From positions 71,116,001-71,180,000 of the forward strand of contig NC_058368.1 of assembly GCF_018350175.1 (NCBI RefSeq): 64,000 nt of DNA, given 5' to 3'. The notes under the pieces are model-generated. The model did not search any database, was not told the DNA's origin, and was given only the letters and a program-made list of their open reading frames with translations. Below are positions 40,771-55,513 of the stretch, piece after piece. Position 1 is the first letter of the stretch; every line of letters begins with the position of its first letter. The stretch is from Felis catus. Its lineage: Eukaryota. A program made the translations under genes and the position numbers.

Positions 40771-42809
40771 AATTATTTAAGCCCTTCCCGGTGTTTAAAG
40801 AGGTTTTTCAGTTTTTAAAGAATGTTGTAAAAAAATATCAGCCCTTGTTAACTCCCTCATTATATGCTTTTTTCTCTTCAGCCGAACAAGCCATATTTCC
40901 TGAAACTGAGGAGCTATGTAAGTGTTTAAACATGTGTCAAGTGTCTTATAAATAATACAAATTCATAAAGAAGAGGAGGAAATTTAACTGATACCTGAAG
41001 TACTTGGCATAGCTACGTTTCACTCTCGGGTTATTTTTGGCTGTGGAATCGTAGTAAGGAGACTACTCAGGGATTATGTGGCACCTCACAGAGCCCTTCC
41101 CTTTTCTTCGCCTGCTCACTCTGAGTCTGTACTGTTCTCATCTAGAAATGCCTTTGTCCAGTCCATGGAAGAAGTTCAAGTGGTCTGTTGAGTCTGTATA
41201 ATATAGAGGTCATACTTAACTCAGAATTTGGGAGTGACCCTTCCTGTCTTTTCCTCTTCGCCACCCCGGCCCCCAGCCAAAGTGTCTGCCACTATGACAT
41301 TGCTATGACATCCTGCACCCACCTTGTTAGAATGAAGGTTAGTGCTGCTTCTGGCAAAAAAAAAAAAAAAAAAAAAAGAGAGTAGGAGAAATGAGGTCTG
41401 GGCTTTAATTTGGGATCTGGGCTAGCAAATCATTTCAGTTTTTGTATTCATTGTCTTACCTAGAAAAGCTGAAAAGAAGATGCTGCCCTAACGTGATCTG
41501 AGGTCCTCTGAGAAGCGTAAGTACAAAATGTTATTTTACAGTAAAATGACATGTGTTGTTGTTTTGAAATTAGATTGAACTTTAGGGTTACCTCCACACT
41601 TCAGTTCCTTGGATGATATTTTTCATATTGATTGCCATTTTGGGAAAGATTTCTGTGGGTATTCTATTTCTAGCTGTTTTTAAAATGTCTAAATGCATGT
41701 CAGGCATCTCTTGTGTGTACCTTTTCGCTGCTGCTTCTGGGTATAGCTGGTGAGGAATGTAATGGTAATATGGAGTTGCTAGAGCTCTGCAGTGTTCATT
41801 GTTGATAATCTGTGACATATGTTGTCACAGGCTTCCTAAATGGTCTGCAATGTACTTTGTCAATTGTTTTAATATAAAGAGGCCTTTTCATTTTTATTTA
41901 TAGCCCTCTCTCTCCTTAGAGCTTAGATTTGAATCTAAGGTGGTCTGAGCTAGGAATAATGCCTAATCTCAGGAACTATGAGACACTCAAAATTACTCCT
42001 CTCCTCTAAGCGCCAAGACTTTGTTTCAAGATCAAGCTACCTAATCTTTTCTTTGCTTAAGATAATAAATTTACTCCCAGGAGGTTTCTTAGTGTCTCAC
42101 GTAAATAGATTTCAGGTAGTTGTCTTCTTGTTCTTGCAGAATTGCTCAGACATGTATGAACCTCAGGGATGAAAACAGACTGTATAGTTGGGGTTATTCC
42201 TCCTCCTAACAAATTCATTCGGAGTCAGATCTATATACACACTGATAAATTCCCAGGTTGGCAGATGAAAACTTTGCTGAGCTTAACAAATACCTTTTGG
42301 ATGTTTAAACAGTCCCTAACAAGAATGCCAACCATCTGTTGAAAGCCAAACAATAAATGGTGAACAGAGTAGTCAATGCATAGATGATTTACTCATTTGT
42401 TATTCTTAAACATTAGCCAGTTGTCAACAAATTGATATCCAGGCCCTCTTTGAGCTAAGCGTGTGTTGCTAAAATCAGAGAGGACATTTTGATCTTTTTC
42501 TTTATGTGCCACTCCCCATTCCATGAGAGAACATGGTGCTTCTTTATAAGAAAAGGTGTACAGCATTTACTACGGTTATCAGTAAATTTACCACAGTTAT
42601 CAGGTAGTTCGTTCCTTAATGGTGGAGTTAAGGCAATTACATAAAATGCCTAAATAATACAAAGTAAATAAGGCTAGAGTACAGGGAATGACTAAATAAT
42701 ACGAAGTGTAATGAGTACCTTGAAACGCATGTTTATAAATTTTTATAGAGTGTTCAGAGATGGATAAAATAATATCAGAAATTGTAGAAGATTACATACA
42801 GAGAACAAT

Positions 42810-43845
42810 ATTTAGGCTAGCAGCATTCTTCTCAACATCAACAAGGGATGTCTGAAGACAAAGGACTACTATTTCAAAAGGGCTGAGAGAAAGTAACTAT
42901 AACCCAGAATGCCATACCCAGCTAAGTCATTATTTAAAAGTGAGGGCTAAATAAATATGTCTTCAGACCAAAAAAGTGGGAATTTACCACTCACTTTTGA
43001 TAATGACTGTAAGAGGTTATAGTAGGAACAGAGGGGGAAAGTCTGTTAAATCTGGAAGGGGAGAGTGGACTGCAAGAGGAAATGGTGTATAAAGAAGTTG
43101 TTCACTGACGTGGGAAACTGAAAGAGGTATTGCATACATAAAATAATATAATGATTAGTTTAGGGTGTTTAAAACCATGATGGGAACACAACTTTCTCAA
43201 ACTGAGAAAATCTGGTATGGCAGTTCATGATATAAACTCTTAGCAAACTAAGGAATAGAAGACGTCTTCCTCAGCCAGATAAAGAGCGTATACAAAATCC
43301 ACAACTACCATAATACTCAAAGGAAAAAACTGAATACTTTTCCCCCTAAGATTGGGAACAAGATAAGGATGTCAGCTCTCACCACTTCTATTCAACATTG
43401 TTTTAGAGGGCCTAGCCTCATAGCCAGTTGCAATAAGTTAAGAAAAAAGAAAGAAAAGGCATAAGGATTGGTAAAGAAGGTCATAAAATTTATTTGCAGA
43501 GGATATAGCTGTGTTGGTAGAAAATCTAAATGAATCTACAAACTATCAAAAGTAATAAGGGCATTTAGCAAGATTAACTAGATACAAGGTCAAAATACAA
43601 AAAAGTCCATTGTATTTCTGTATGTCAGAAAGACACAAATGGAAAAGGAAAATTTTAAGGTACCATTTGCAATAACATTAAAAAAGATAAGGGAAAAATC
43701 TAACACAGATATGAAGAGGGAAGTAAGTAACAATAATGAGCACAGAAATGAATGAACTAGGAATCAAAGAGGCAAATTGAGAAGCTCAAGAAAATGAAAG
43801 TTGGTTCTCTGAAAAAAAATTCATTAAGTAGACAGACTTTTAATT
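42810..43845 (+). mobile_element. Old, degraded LINE-1 (L1M-type) fragments
   Basis: A-rich decayed L1 motifs, e.g. ccagaatgccatacccagctaag (ORF1 region) and ttccccctaagattgggaacaagataaggatgtcagctctcaccacttctattcaacattgt ([12 protein letters not shown] region). Confidence 0.8.
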
Positions 43846-43857
43846 AATTAAAAAATT

Positions 43858-44077
43858 GGGGCGCCTGGGTGGCGCAGTCGGTTAAGCGTCCGACTTCAGC
43901 CAGGTCACGATCTCGCGGTCCGTGAGTTTGAGCCCCGCGTCAGGCTCTGGGCTGATGGCTCAGAGCCTGGAGCCTGTTTCCGATTCTGTGTCTCCCTCTC
44001 TCTCTGCCCCTCCCCCGCTCATGCTCTGTCTCTCTCTGTCCCAAAAATAAATAAACGTTGAAAAAAAAATTAAAAAA
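43858..44077 (+). mobile_element. Young felid-type Can-SINE
   Basis: ggggcgcctgggtggcgcagtcggttaagcg head, CT-rich body and A-tail. 16-bp TSD aattaattaaaaaatt (43842-43857 / 44078-44093). Confidence 0.95.
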
Positions 44078-44535
44078 AATTAATTAAAAAATTAATTTTA
44101 AAAGGCACAAATGTACAATGCTGGGAGTTTTTTTTTTTAATTTTTATTTAAATTCTACTTAGTTAACAGCCAGTGCAATATTGGTTTCAAGAGTAGAATT
44201 CAGTGATGCATCACTTACATACGACACCCAGTGCTCATCATAACAAGTGTCCTTAATACCCATCACCCATCTACACCATCCCCCACCCATCTCCCTCCAT
44301 CATCCCTCAGCTCTTTCTCTATCATTAAGAGTCTCTTATGGTTTGTTTCCCCCCTCATTTTTTTTTTCCCCATATGTTCATCTGTTTTGTTTCTTGAATT
44401 TCACATACGATGAAATCATATGGTATTTTCTCTGATGTATTTCACTTAGCATAACACACTGTAGCTCCATCCATGTCACTGCAAATGGCAAGATTTCACT
44501 CTTTTTGATGGCTGAGTATTATTTCATTGTATGTA

Positions 44536-44583
<48 letters not shown>

Positions 44584-44791
44584 CGCACACCATATATATA
44601 TATACACACACACACACCATATCTTCCTTATCCATTCATCAGTCAGTGGACATTTGGGCTCTCTCCATAGTTTGGCTATTGTTGATAGTGCTTCTTTAAA
44701 CGTTGGGGTGCATATATCCCTTCAAATCTGTATTTTTGTATCCTTTGGGTAAATCCCTAGTAGGGCAGTTGCTGCATTATGGGGTAGTTCT

Positions 44792-44967
44792 ATTTTTTTT
44801 AATGTTTATTTTTGAGAGAGAGAGAGAGAGCGAGCAGGAGACGGAGGATCTGAAGCAGGCTCCACACTGTCAGCACAGAGCCTGATGCAGGGCTCAAACT
44901 CACGATCCATGAGATCATGACTCAAGCCGAAGTTGGATGCTTAACCGACTGAGCCACCCAGGTGCCC
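44792..44967 (-). mobile_element. Can-SINE inside L1
   Basis: Ends gagccacccaggtgccc; TSD gtagttct (44784 / 44971). Confidence 0.9.
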
Positions 44968-45391
44968 TACGTAGTTCTGTTTTTAACTTTTTTGAGCAAT
45001 CTCCATACTGTTCTCCAGAGTAGCTGCACCAGTTTGCATTCCCACCAACAGTACAAGAAGGTTCCTCTTTTTCTGCATCCTTGCCAGCACCTGTTGTTTG
45101 TTGAGTTGTTAATGTTAGCCATTCTGACAGGTGTGAGGTGATACCTCATCATGGTTTTGATTTGTATTTCTCTGATGATGAGTGATGTTGAGCATCTTTT
45201 CATGTGTCTGTTGGCCATCCGGATGTCTTCTTTGGAAAAATGTCTGTTTCATGTCTTCTGCCCATTTCTTCACTGGATTATTTGTTTTTTGGTGTTGAGT
45301 TTGTAAGTTCTTTATAGATTTTGGAAACCAACCCTTTATAAGTTATGTCATTTGCAAATACTCCCATTCTGTCAGTTACCTTTTAGTTTAG

Positions 45392-45900
45392 TTTTTTTTA
45401 ATGTTTATTTTTTATTTTTTATTTTTTTATTTTTTTTTCTCTTTTTTCTTTTCTTTTTTTTTTAAAATAGTTCTTTTTTTTTTAACATTTATTTATTTTT
45501 GAGACAGAGAGAGACAGAGCATGAACAGGGGAGGGGCAGAGAGAGAGGGAGACACAAAATCTGAAACAGGCTCCGGGCACTGAGCTGTCAGCACAGAGCC
45601 CGACGTGGGGCTCGAACTCACGGACCGTGAGATCATGACCTGAGCCAAAGTCGGACGCTCAATCGACTGAGCCACCCAGGCGCCCCCTTTTAATGTTTAT
45701 TTTTGAGAAAGAGAGAGAAAGAGAGAGAGAGTGCAGGAAAGGAGCAGAGAGAGAGGGAGACACAGAATCTGATGCAGTCTCCAGGCTTTGCACTGTCAGC
45801 ACAGAGCCCGATGTGGGGCTTGAACTCACAAATGGTGAGATCATGACCAGAGCCAAAGTTGGACGCTTAACTGATTATGTTTAGGCCACCCAGGTGCCCC
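45392..45900 (-). mobile_element. Two tandem Can-SINEs (one inserted into the tail of the other) inside L1
   Basis: Heads at 45687 and 45900. Outer TSD cttttagttt (45380 / 45904); inner duplication tttaatgtttattt. Confidence 0.9.
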
Positions 45901-46909
45901 TAACTTTTAGTTTTGTTGATTGTTTCCTTGGTTTTGCAGGAGGTTTTTATCATGATGACATCCCAATAGTTCATTTTTGCTTTTGTTTCCCTTGCCTCTG
46001 GTGATGTGTCTAGTAAGAAGTTGCTCTGGTTGAGGTCAAAGAGGTTGCTGCCTGTGTTTTCCTCTAGGATTTTGATAGTTTCCCATCTCACATTTAGGTC
46101 TTTCATCCATTTTGAATTTGTTTTTGTATGTGGTATAAGAAAGTAATCCAGTTTCATTCTTTTGTATGTCGTTTTCCAGTTTTCCCAACACCATTTGCTG
46201 AAGAGACTGTCTTTCTTCTATCAGATATTCTTTCCAGCTTTGTTGAAGATTAGTTGACCATATAGTTGTGGGTCCATCTGGGTTTTCTATTCTATTCCAT
46301 TGATCTATGTGTCTGTTTTTGTGCTAGTACCATACTATCTTGATGACCACAGCTTTGTAATATAGTTTAAGGTATGGAATCATGATACCTCCAGCTCTGC
46401 TTTTCCTTTTCAGGATTGCTTTGGCTATTTGGGGTCTTTTGTGGTTCCATGCAAATTTTAGGATTTTTTGTTCTAACTCTGTAAAAAATACTGGTGGTAT
46501 TTTGATAAAAATTGCATTAAATGCGTAGATTGCTTTGGGTAGTATAGACATTTTAACAATGTTTGTTCTCCCAATCCATGAGCATGGAATGTTTTTCCAT
46601 TTCTTTGTGTCCTCTTTGGTTTCTTTCATAAGTGTTCTATAGTTTTCAGAGTATAGATCTTGTGCCTTTTTGGTTAGGTTTATTGCTAGATATCTTATGG
46701 TTTTGGTGCAATTATAAATGGGATCGATTTCTTGATTTCTTTTTCTGCTGCTGCATTATTGGTGTATGGATATCAATGCTAGGAATTTTTAAAGGTGACA
46801 GAACTATAGACATAGCAGAGATTTTTCAAAATGATAAGAGAATTTAGGAACTTAGGTGGTATGGACCATTTCCTACAATAATATAACTTATCCAAAGTGA
46901 GTACAGCAG

Positions 46910-47290
46910 ATCCTGCCAATTGACCATTCAAAATGCCGACTTCTTCCTCCTTTATTAACCTGATTTTCTTTGGACTAATTTGTCCAAATAAAAACACTTC
47001 CCTAAATTCCTCTGTGGCTAAATGAGCCATGTGATACAGTTTTGGACAATGAGATGAAAGCTTTTGATTTCCTGATATGGGTGTTACCTCTCTGTGCTTC
47101 AGTTTCTTTCTTATGTAGAAAAAAGCAGCTATTTCAAGTCCAAAGTGTACCGAGTGTGAGGTGGAGGCCTCTAAGCTAAGCGTAGTGGAATGGAAAGTTA
47201 GAGCCTACTTTCCTAACAGCATTATTACAGAGCTGTGTCTTCTCTGGACATTTTTTATCTAGCCTTCTTGTTATGTGAGGAAAAAAAATA
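46910..47290. mobile_element. Probable degraded MLT1 (MaLR) solo LTR
   Basis: gccatgtgatacagttttggacaatgagatg resembles the typical MLT1 motif; family assignment from memory. Confidence 0.5.
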
Positions 47291-47296
47291 GGCTCC

Positions 47297-47705
47297 TTTT
47301 TTTTTTTTTTAATGCTTTATTTATTTTGTAAGAGGGAAACACACACAGAATGTGAGTGGGGGAGGGACAGAGAGAGACACACAGAATCCAAAACAGGCGC
47401 CAGGCTCTGACCTGTTAGCAGAGAGCCTGACTTGGGGGCCAGAACTCGGGAGCTAAGAGAGCATGACTTGAGCTGAAGTCAGATGTTTAACTGACTGAGC
47501 CACCCAAGCACCCCAAGCATCTGATTCTTGATTTCGGCTTGGGTCATGATCTCATTGTTTGTGAGTTTGAGCCCCACGTTGGGCTCTGTGCTGACAGTGT
47601 GGAGCCTGCTTGGGATTTTCTCTCTCTCCCTCTTTATCTGCTCCTCCCCCGCTTGCACTTTGTCTCTCAAAAATAAATAAATAAACATTAAAAGATAAAA
47701 AATAA
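47297..47705. mobile_element. Head-to-head Can-SINE pair (minus 47297-47514; 5'-clipped plus 47515-47705)
   Basis: T-tail...gagccacccaagcacccc, then aagcatctgattcttgatttcggc...aaaaataaataa. Confidence 0.85.
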
Positions 47706-47741
47706 AATTTTTCACAGTAAAACATACCATGGCTATAATGC

Positions 47742-48139
47742 TTTTATTTTTATTTATTTTTAAAATATTTTATTTTTTATTTTTTAAAATTTACATCCAA
47801 ATTAGTTAGCATATAGTGCAACAATGATTTCAGGAGTAGATTCTTTAGTGCCCTTTACCCATTTAGCCCATACCCCCACAACCCCTCCAGTAATCCTCAG
47901 TTTGTTCTCCATATTTATGAGTCCCTTCTGTTTTGTCCCTTGCCCTGTTTTTATATTATTTTTGTTTCCCTTCCTTTATGTTCATCTGTTTTGTCTCTTA
48001 AAGTCCTCATATGAGTGAAGTCATATGATTTTTGTCTTTCTCTGACTGACTAATTTCATTTAGCATAATACCCTCCAGTTCCATCCACGTAGTTGCAAAT
48101 GGCAAGATTTCATTTTTTTGGATTGCCGAGTAATATTCC

Positions 48140-48187
<48 letters not shown>

Positions 48188-51100
48188 AACACAGCTTTTT
48201 TATCCATTCATCCATTGATGGACATTTGGGCTCTTTCCATACTTTGGCTATTGTTGATAGTGCTGCTATAAACATGGGGGTGCATGTGTCCCTTTGAAAC
48301 AGCACACCTGTATCCCATGGATAAATGCCTAGTAGTGCAATTGCTGGGTTGTAGGGTAGTTCTATTTTTAGTTTTTTGAGGAACCTCCCTATGTTTTCCA
48401 GAGTGGTTGCACGAGCTTGCATTCCCACCAACCATGCAAAAGAGATCCTCTTTCTCCACATCCTCGCCAACATGTGTTGTTGCCTGAGTTGTTAATGTTA
48501 GCCATTCTGACAGGTGTAAGGTGGTTTCTCATGGTGGTTTTGATTTGTATTTCCCTGATGATGAGTAATGTTGAGCATTTTTTCATGTGTCGGTTGGCCA
48601 TCTGGATGTCTTCTTTGGAGAAGTGTCTACTCATGTCTTTTGCCCATTTCTTCACTGGATGATTTGTGTTTTGGGTGTTGAGTTTGATAAGTTCTTTATA
48701 GATTTTGGATACCAACCCTTTATCTGATGTCATTTGCAAATATCTTCTCCCATTCTGTCGGTTGCCTTTTAGTTTTGCTGATTGTTTCCTTTGCTGTGCA
48801 GAAGCTTTTTATTTTGATGAGGTCCCGGTAGTTAATTTTTGCTTTTGTTTCCCTTGCCTCTGGAGACGTGTTGAGTTAAAAGAAGTTGCTGTGGCCAAGA
48901 TCAAAGAGGTTTTTGCCTGCTTTCTCCTTGAGGATTTTGATGGCTTCCTGTCTTACGTTGAGGTCTTTCATCCATTTTAAGTTTATTTTTGTGTATGGTG
49001 TAAGAAAGTGGTCCAGATTCATTCTTCTGCATGTTGCTGTCTAGTTTTCCCAGCACCACTTGCTGAAGAGACTGTCTTTATTCCATTGGATATTCTTTCC
49101 TGCTTTGTCAAAGATTAGTTGGCCACACATTTGTGGGTCCATTTCTGGGTTCTCTATTCTGTTCCATTGATCTGAGTGTCTGTTCTTGTGCCAGTACCAT
49201 ACTGTCTTGATGATTACAGCTTTGTAGTATAGCTTGAAGTCTGGGATTGTGATGCCTCCTGCTTTGGTTTCCTTTTTCCAGATCGCTTTGGCTATTCGGG
49301 GTCTTTTCTGGTTCCATACAGTTTTAGGATTATTTGTTCTCGTTCTGTGAAGAATGCTGGTGTTATTTTGATAGGGATTGCATCGAATATGTAGATTGCT
49401 TTGGGTAGTATCAACATTTTAACAATATTTGTTCTTCCTATTCAAGAGCATGGAATCTTTTTCCATTTTTTTGTGTCTTATTCAATTTCTTTCATAAGCT
49501 TTCTACAGTTTTCAGTGTATATATTTTTCACCTCTTTGGTTAGACTTATTCCTAGGTATTTTATGGTTTTTGGTGCAACTGTAAATGGGATCGATTCCTT
49601 GATTTGTCTTTCTGTCGCTTCATTGTTGGTGTGTAGGAATGCAACCGATTTCTGTGCGTTGTTTTTATATCCTGCAACTTTGCTGAATTCATGAATCAAT
49701 TCTAGCAGTTTTTTGGTGGAATCTTTTGGGTTTTCCATATAGAGTATCATGTCATCTGCGAAGAGTGAAAGTTTGACCTCCTCCTGGCTGATTTGGATGC
49801 CTTTTATTTCTTTGTGTTGTCTGACTGCAGAGGCTAAGACTTCCAATACTATGTTGAATAACAGTGGCAAGAGTGGACATCCCTGTCTTGTTCCTGACCT
49901 TAAGGGGAAAGCTCTCAGTTTTTCCCCATTGAGGATGATATTAGTGTTGGGCCATTCATATATAGCTTTTATGATCTCGAGGTATGCTCCTTCTATCCCT
50001 ACTTTCTTGAGGGTTTTTATGAAGAAACGATGCTGTATTTTGTTAAATGCTTTCTCTGCATCTATTGAGAGGATCATATGGTGCTTGTCCTTTATTTTAT
50101 TGATGTGATGAATCACGTTAATTGTTTTGTGGATATCGAACCATCCCTGCATGCCAGGTATAAATCCCGCTTGGTCATGGTGAATAATTTTTTTAATGTA
50201 TTATTGGATCCGGTTGGCTAATATCTTGTTGAGGATTTTTGCATCCATGTTCATCAGGGAAATTGGTCTATAGTTCTTCTTTTTAGTGGGGTCTCTGTCT
50301 GGTTTTGGAATCAAGGTAATGCTGGCTTCATAGAAAGAATTTGGAAGTTTTCCTTCCATTTCTATTTTTTGGAACAGCTTCAAGAGAATAGGTGTTAACT
50401 CTTCCTTAAATGTTTGGTAGAATTCCCCTGGAAAGCCATCTGGCCCTGGACTCTTGTTTTTTGGGAGATTTTTGATTACTAATTCGATTTCCTTACTGGT
50501 TATGGGTCTGTTCAAATTTTCTATTTCTTCCTGTTTCAGTTTTGGTAGTGTATATGTTTCTAGGAATTTGTCCATTTATTCTAAATTGCCCATTTTATTG
50601 GCATATAATTGCTCATAATATTCTCTTATTATTGTTTTTATTTCTGCTGTGTTGGTTGTGATCTGTCCTCTTTCATTCTTGATTTTATTTATTTGGGTCC
50701 TTTCCTTTTTCTTCTTGATCAAACTGGCTAGTGGTTTATCAATTTTGTTAATTCTTTCAAAGAACCAGCTTCTGATTTCATTGATCTGTTCTACTGGTTT
50801 TTTTTTGTTTGTTTGTTTGTTTTGATAGCATTATTTTCTGTTCTAATCTCTATTATTTCCTGTCTTCTGCTGGTTTTGGGTTTTATTTGCTGTTCTTTTT
50901 CCAGCTCCTTAAGGTGTAAGGTTAGGTTGTGTATCTGAGATCTTTCTTCCTTCTTTAGGAAGGCCTGGATTGCTATATACTTTCCTCTTATGACCGCCTT
51001 TGCTGCATCCCAGAGGTTTTGGGTTGTGATGTTATCATTTTCATTGACTTCCATATACTTTTTAATTTCCTCTTTAACTTCTTGGTTAGCCCATTCATTC

Positions 51101-51603
51101 TTCACTAGGATGTTCTTCAGTCTCCAAGTATTTGTTACCTTCCCCAATTTTTTCTTGTGGTTGATTTCGAGTTTCGTAGCATTGTGGTCTGAAAATATGC
51201 ATGGTATGATCTCGATCTTTTTGTACTTACTTAGGGCTGATTTGTGTCCCAGTATATGGTCTATCGTGGAGAACGTTCCATGTGCACTGGAGAAGAATGT
51301 ATATTCTGCTGCTTTAGGATGAAATGTTCTGAATATATCTGTTAAGTCCATCTGGTCCAGTGTGTCATTCAAAAGCCATTGTTTCCTTGTTGATTTTTTG
51401 ATTAGATGATGTGTCCATTGCTGTGAGTGGGGTGTTGAAGTCTCCTACTATTATGGTATTACTATTGATGAGTTTCTTTATGTTTGTGATTAATTGATTT
51501 ATATATTTGGGTGTCCCACATTTGGCGCATAAATGTTTACAATTGTTAGGTCTTCTTGGTGGATAGACCCCTTGATTATGATGTAATGACCTTCTGCATC
51601 TCT
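47742..51603 (-). mobile_element. 5'-truncated, relatively young carnivore LINE-1: most of ORF2 (part of EN, RT, C-terminus; disrupted) plus 3' UTR and poly-A
   Basis: ORF fragments [59 protein letters not shown]. The frame is broken into several pieces. Confidence 0.97.
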
Positions 51604-51604
51604 T

Positions 51605-52011
51605 TTTTTAAAAACTTTTTTTGATGTTTTTATTTATTTCTGAGACAGAGAGAGACAGAGCATGAGCAGGGGAGGGGCAGAGAGAGAGGGAGACACAGAA
51701 TCTGAAGCAGGCTCCAGGCTCCGAGCCATTGGCACAGAGCCCGACGCGGGGCTGGAACTCACGAACCATGAGATCATGACCTGAGCTGAGTCAGATGCTT
51801 AACTGACTGTGCCACCCAGGCACCCCTTCAGTGTTTATTTTTGAGAGAGAGTGAGCAGGGGAGGGGCAGAGAAAGATGGAGACATAGCATCTGAAGCACG
51901 TTCTAGGATCTGAGCTGTCAGCACAGAGCCTGACGTAGGGCTCAAACCCACGAACGATGAGATCATGACCTGAGCCAAAGTCATGCGTAACCAACTAAGC
52001 CACCCAGGCAA
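51605..52011 (-). mobile_element. Two tandem Can-SINEs abutting the L1 5' truncation point
   Basis: Heads at ~51826 and ~52011 (gccacccaggca). Confidence 0.9.
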
Positions 52012-52014
52012 TCC

Positions 52015-53620
52015 TATAATATAAAAATTCTAAATAAAACATGAGCAGATTAAATGTGGCATGTATAAAAAACACAATTTTGGTTAAGGAGGAATTTATT
52101 CCAAGAGTTCAAGGATGGTCTAACAGTAGAAAACTTACTGATATAATCTACCACATTTACAAATTAAAGAAAATGATAAGATCATCTCAAAAGATTCAGA
52201 AAAAGCTTTGGTAAGATTCAAAATTTATTTGTAATGCAAATGATATACATATCTATGTAGGGATGATAAAAGAATTTCTGTTAACATGATAAAGGGTATC
52301 CCATAAAACTCTGAGTAAGCATCAGAAAGTGTTCTCCTCCAAATCAGGAACAAGACAAAAATGCAAATTTCACGATTTCTGTTTCATATTTTACTGAAGA
52401 TATTATCTAGGGCAATAAGAAAAGGAAGTGAAAAACAGAGGGACTAAAAAGGAAAATTTAAGTAGTTGTTTTTTTAAGGTTATTTATTTATTTTGAGGAA
52501 GAGATAGAAAGAAAACGTGTGTGTGTGCACATACCCGCACACATGCACTCATGAGGAGGGTGGCAGAGAGAGGGAGAGAGATTCCCAGGCAGGCTCTGCA
52601 CTGTGAGTGCAGAGCCCAACTTGGGGTGTGGCTTAATCTCACGAACCACGATATCATGACCTGAGCAGAAATTAACCTTAACCTACTGAACCACCCAAGC
52701 TCTCCTAGGCTTATATAGAAAATCTAAGAAAACCAAACCATTAAAATTAGTAAGAGAATTCAGCAAAATTATAGATTACAGGATAAGTATACAGAAGACC
52801 AACAATAAACAAGTTGTGCCAACAATAAATAAGTTGAAAATTCAGTTAAAAAAATACCATATGACGGCATGCCTGGCTGGCTCAGTCAGTAGAACATGCA
52901 ACTCTTGGTCTTAAGATTGTGAGTTTGAGCCCCACATTGGGTATAGAGATTACTTTATTATTTTTAGTATTTTTAAAATCTTTTTTTTTAAGTTTATGTA
53001 TTTTGAGAGAGAGGGAGAGTGTGTGTGAGCAGAGAGGGACAGAAAGAGAGAGGGAGAGATAGAATACCAGTAACGCTTCACGCCATCAACGCAGAGTCTG
53101 ACATGGGGCTCAATCTCATGAACTGCAAGATTATGACCTGAGCATAGTTGTGCATATGTATGTGTATAATTTGATAGGTGGATGTTAAAATTTAAATGGC
53201 AGAGTAAAATGTCAAGAATTGCCAAGATAATTTTGAAAAATAATGAGGTATTTGTGCTGCCAAATGTAAAGTTTGATGTAAAGTGTTAGTAATTATAGGG
53301 ATGTGACATTGGGACAAACCTGTAAGCAATGGAACAGACCACAGTTATGTATCAGTAGTAATTTGGTGTATAACACAGGTGATACTATAAATCAGTGGGA
53401 TGGTATATTCAATAAGTAGTACTGAAACAATCAGCTAACTCCATAGAAAAACTACAGATCCTTACCCCGACTGTACATAAACCACATTCTAGTATTAAAA
53501 TCTTAATTTTAAAAGCAAAACTTAAACATTTTTAGAAAAAAAATACAGGAGAATACCTTTATGATCTCAAGAGATTTTTTTTATACTAGGCACAAAGAGC
53601 AATCACCCTAAAATAATTAC
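52015..53620 (+). mobile_element. Old L1M ORF2/3' remnants interrupted by SINEs (minus 52470-52706, plus 52866-52955, minus 52980-53148)
   Basis: Decayed L1 motifs (gaatttattccaagagttcaaggatgg, tcaggaacaagacaaaaatgc) with Can-SINE bodies in between. Confidence 0.75.
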
Positions 53621-54218
53621 TATCTCTGTGTTATCTAAGAAATTGTCTTTAAACACACTTGGCATATTTGGTCAAGTTTCTATTAAAAAAAAAAAGATAC
53701 CCCAAATGCGGTTACCTATTAGATAGAAATTTAATTCTTTTTCATGTACTACTTTAAGGTAGATAGATGGACTTTGGTCCATGAAGCCATGAAGCTTAGT
53801 TGCACAGCTTTCTTACCCTTAACATATAGCTTGCAAGGTACTGTAATTTTTAGCATTTAACCAGACAGTGTGAAAGAAGGTGAAAAGACAGCGATTGAAC
53901 ACATATGTGCTTAATATTCGAAGGCTTATACCCAGAAGCAACACACATTATTTTCAGGCACATTTCGTTATTGGCAACTGAGTCACCAAGCTGCAAGGGA
54001 GGATGGGAAATGTAGCTTAGCTCAATAGACATATGTCTGGCTCCAGCTTTTATTGTGGGAGAAGGGGGAAATGACTGTTGACCTCACTGGAGTGGATGAA
54101 ATGGTCACTACAGCTTGTTGTGCTCTGGACCATGCCCTTCCCTTTCTGGCCTCAGTGCCCAGTGACCAGCACTTGGTAGAATCTAACTATTAAAAATAGG
54201 CCCCAATGCAAAGGCTAA

Positions 54219-54419
<201 letters not shown>

Positions 54420-54422
54420 TAG

Positions 54423-55062
<640 letters not shown>

Positions 55063-55145
55063 AAATACCATACTGTGAATGGCTACAACTGTGAAGTAAG
55101 GAAAGATCTATCTAAGCAATAGATTCATCCAGCTAAAGAGGTTGA

Positions 55146-55250
<105 letters not shown>

Positions 55251-55279
55251 TGAGGTGGTGGTGGATATGGTGGCAGTGA

Positions 55280-55513
<234 letters not shown>

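Larger units (their letters stand above)
44131..46773 (-). mobile_element. 5'-truncated carnivore LINE-1 (ORF2 C-terminus and 3' UTR) carrying three nested SINEs
   Basis: ORF2 fragments [22 protein letters not shown] and [13 protein letters not shown]. Poly-T tail at the left. Imperfect TSD caatgctgggagttt (44116) / caatgctaggaattt (46774). Confidence 0.92.

Noticed and set aside
43858..43940. tRNA gene suggested by A/B-box-like sequences
   Set aside because: These are tRNA-derived Can-SINE heads with CT-rich bodies, A-tails and TSDs.
47742..51603. Active LINE-1 / intact reverse transcriptase
   Set aside because: 5'-truncated (no promoter or ORF1) and ORF2 is broken by stops and frameshifts.
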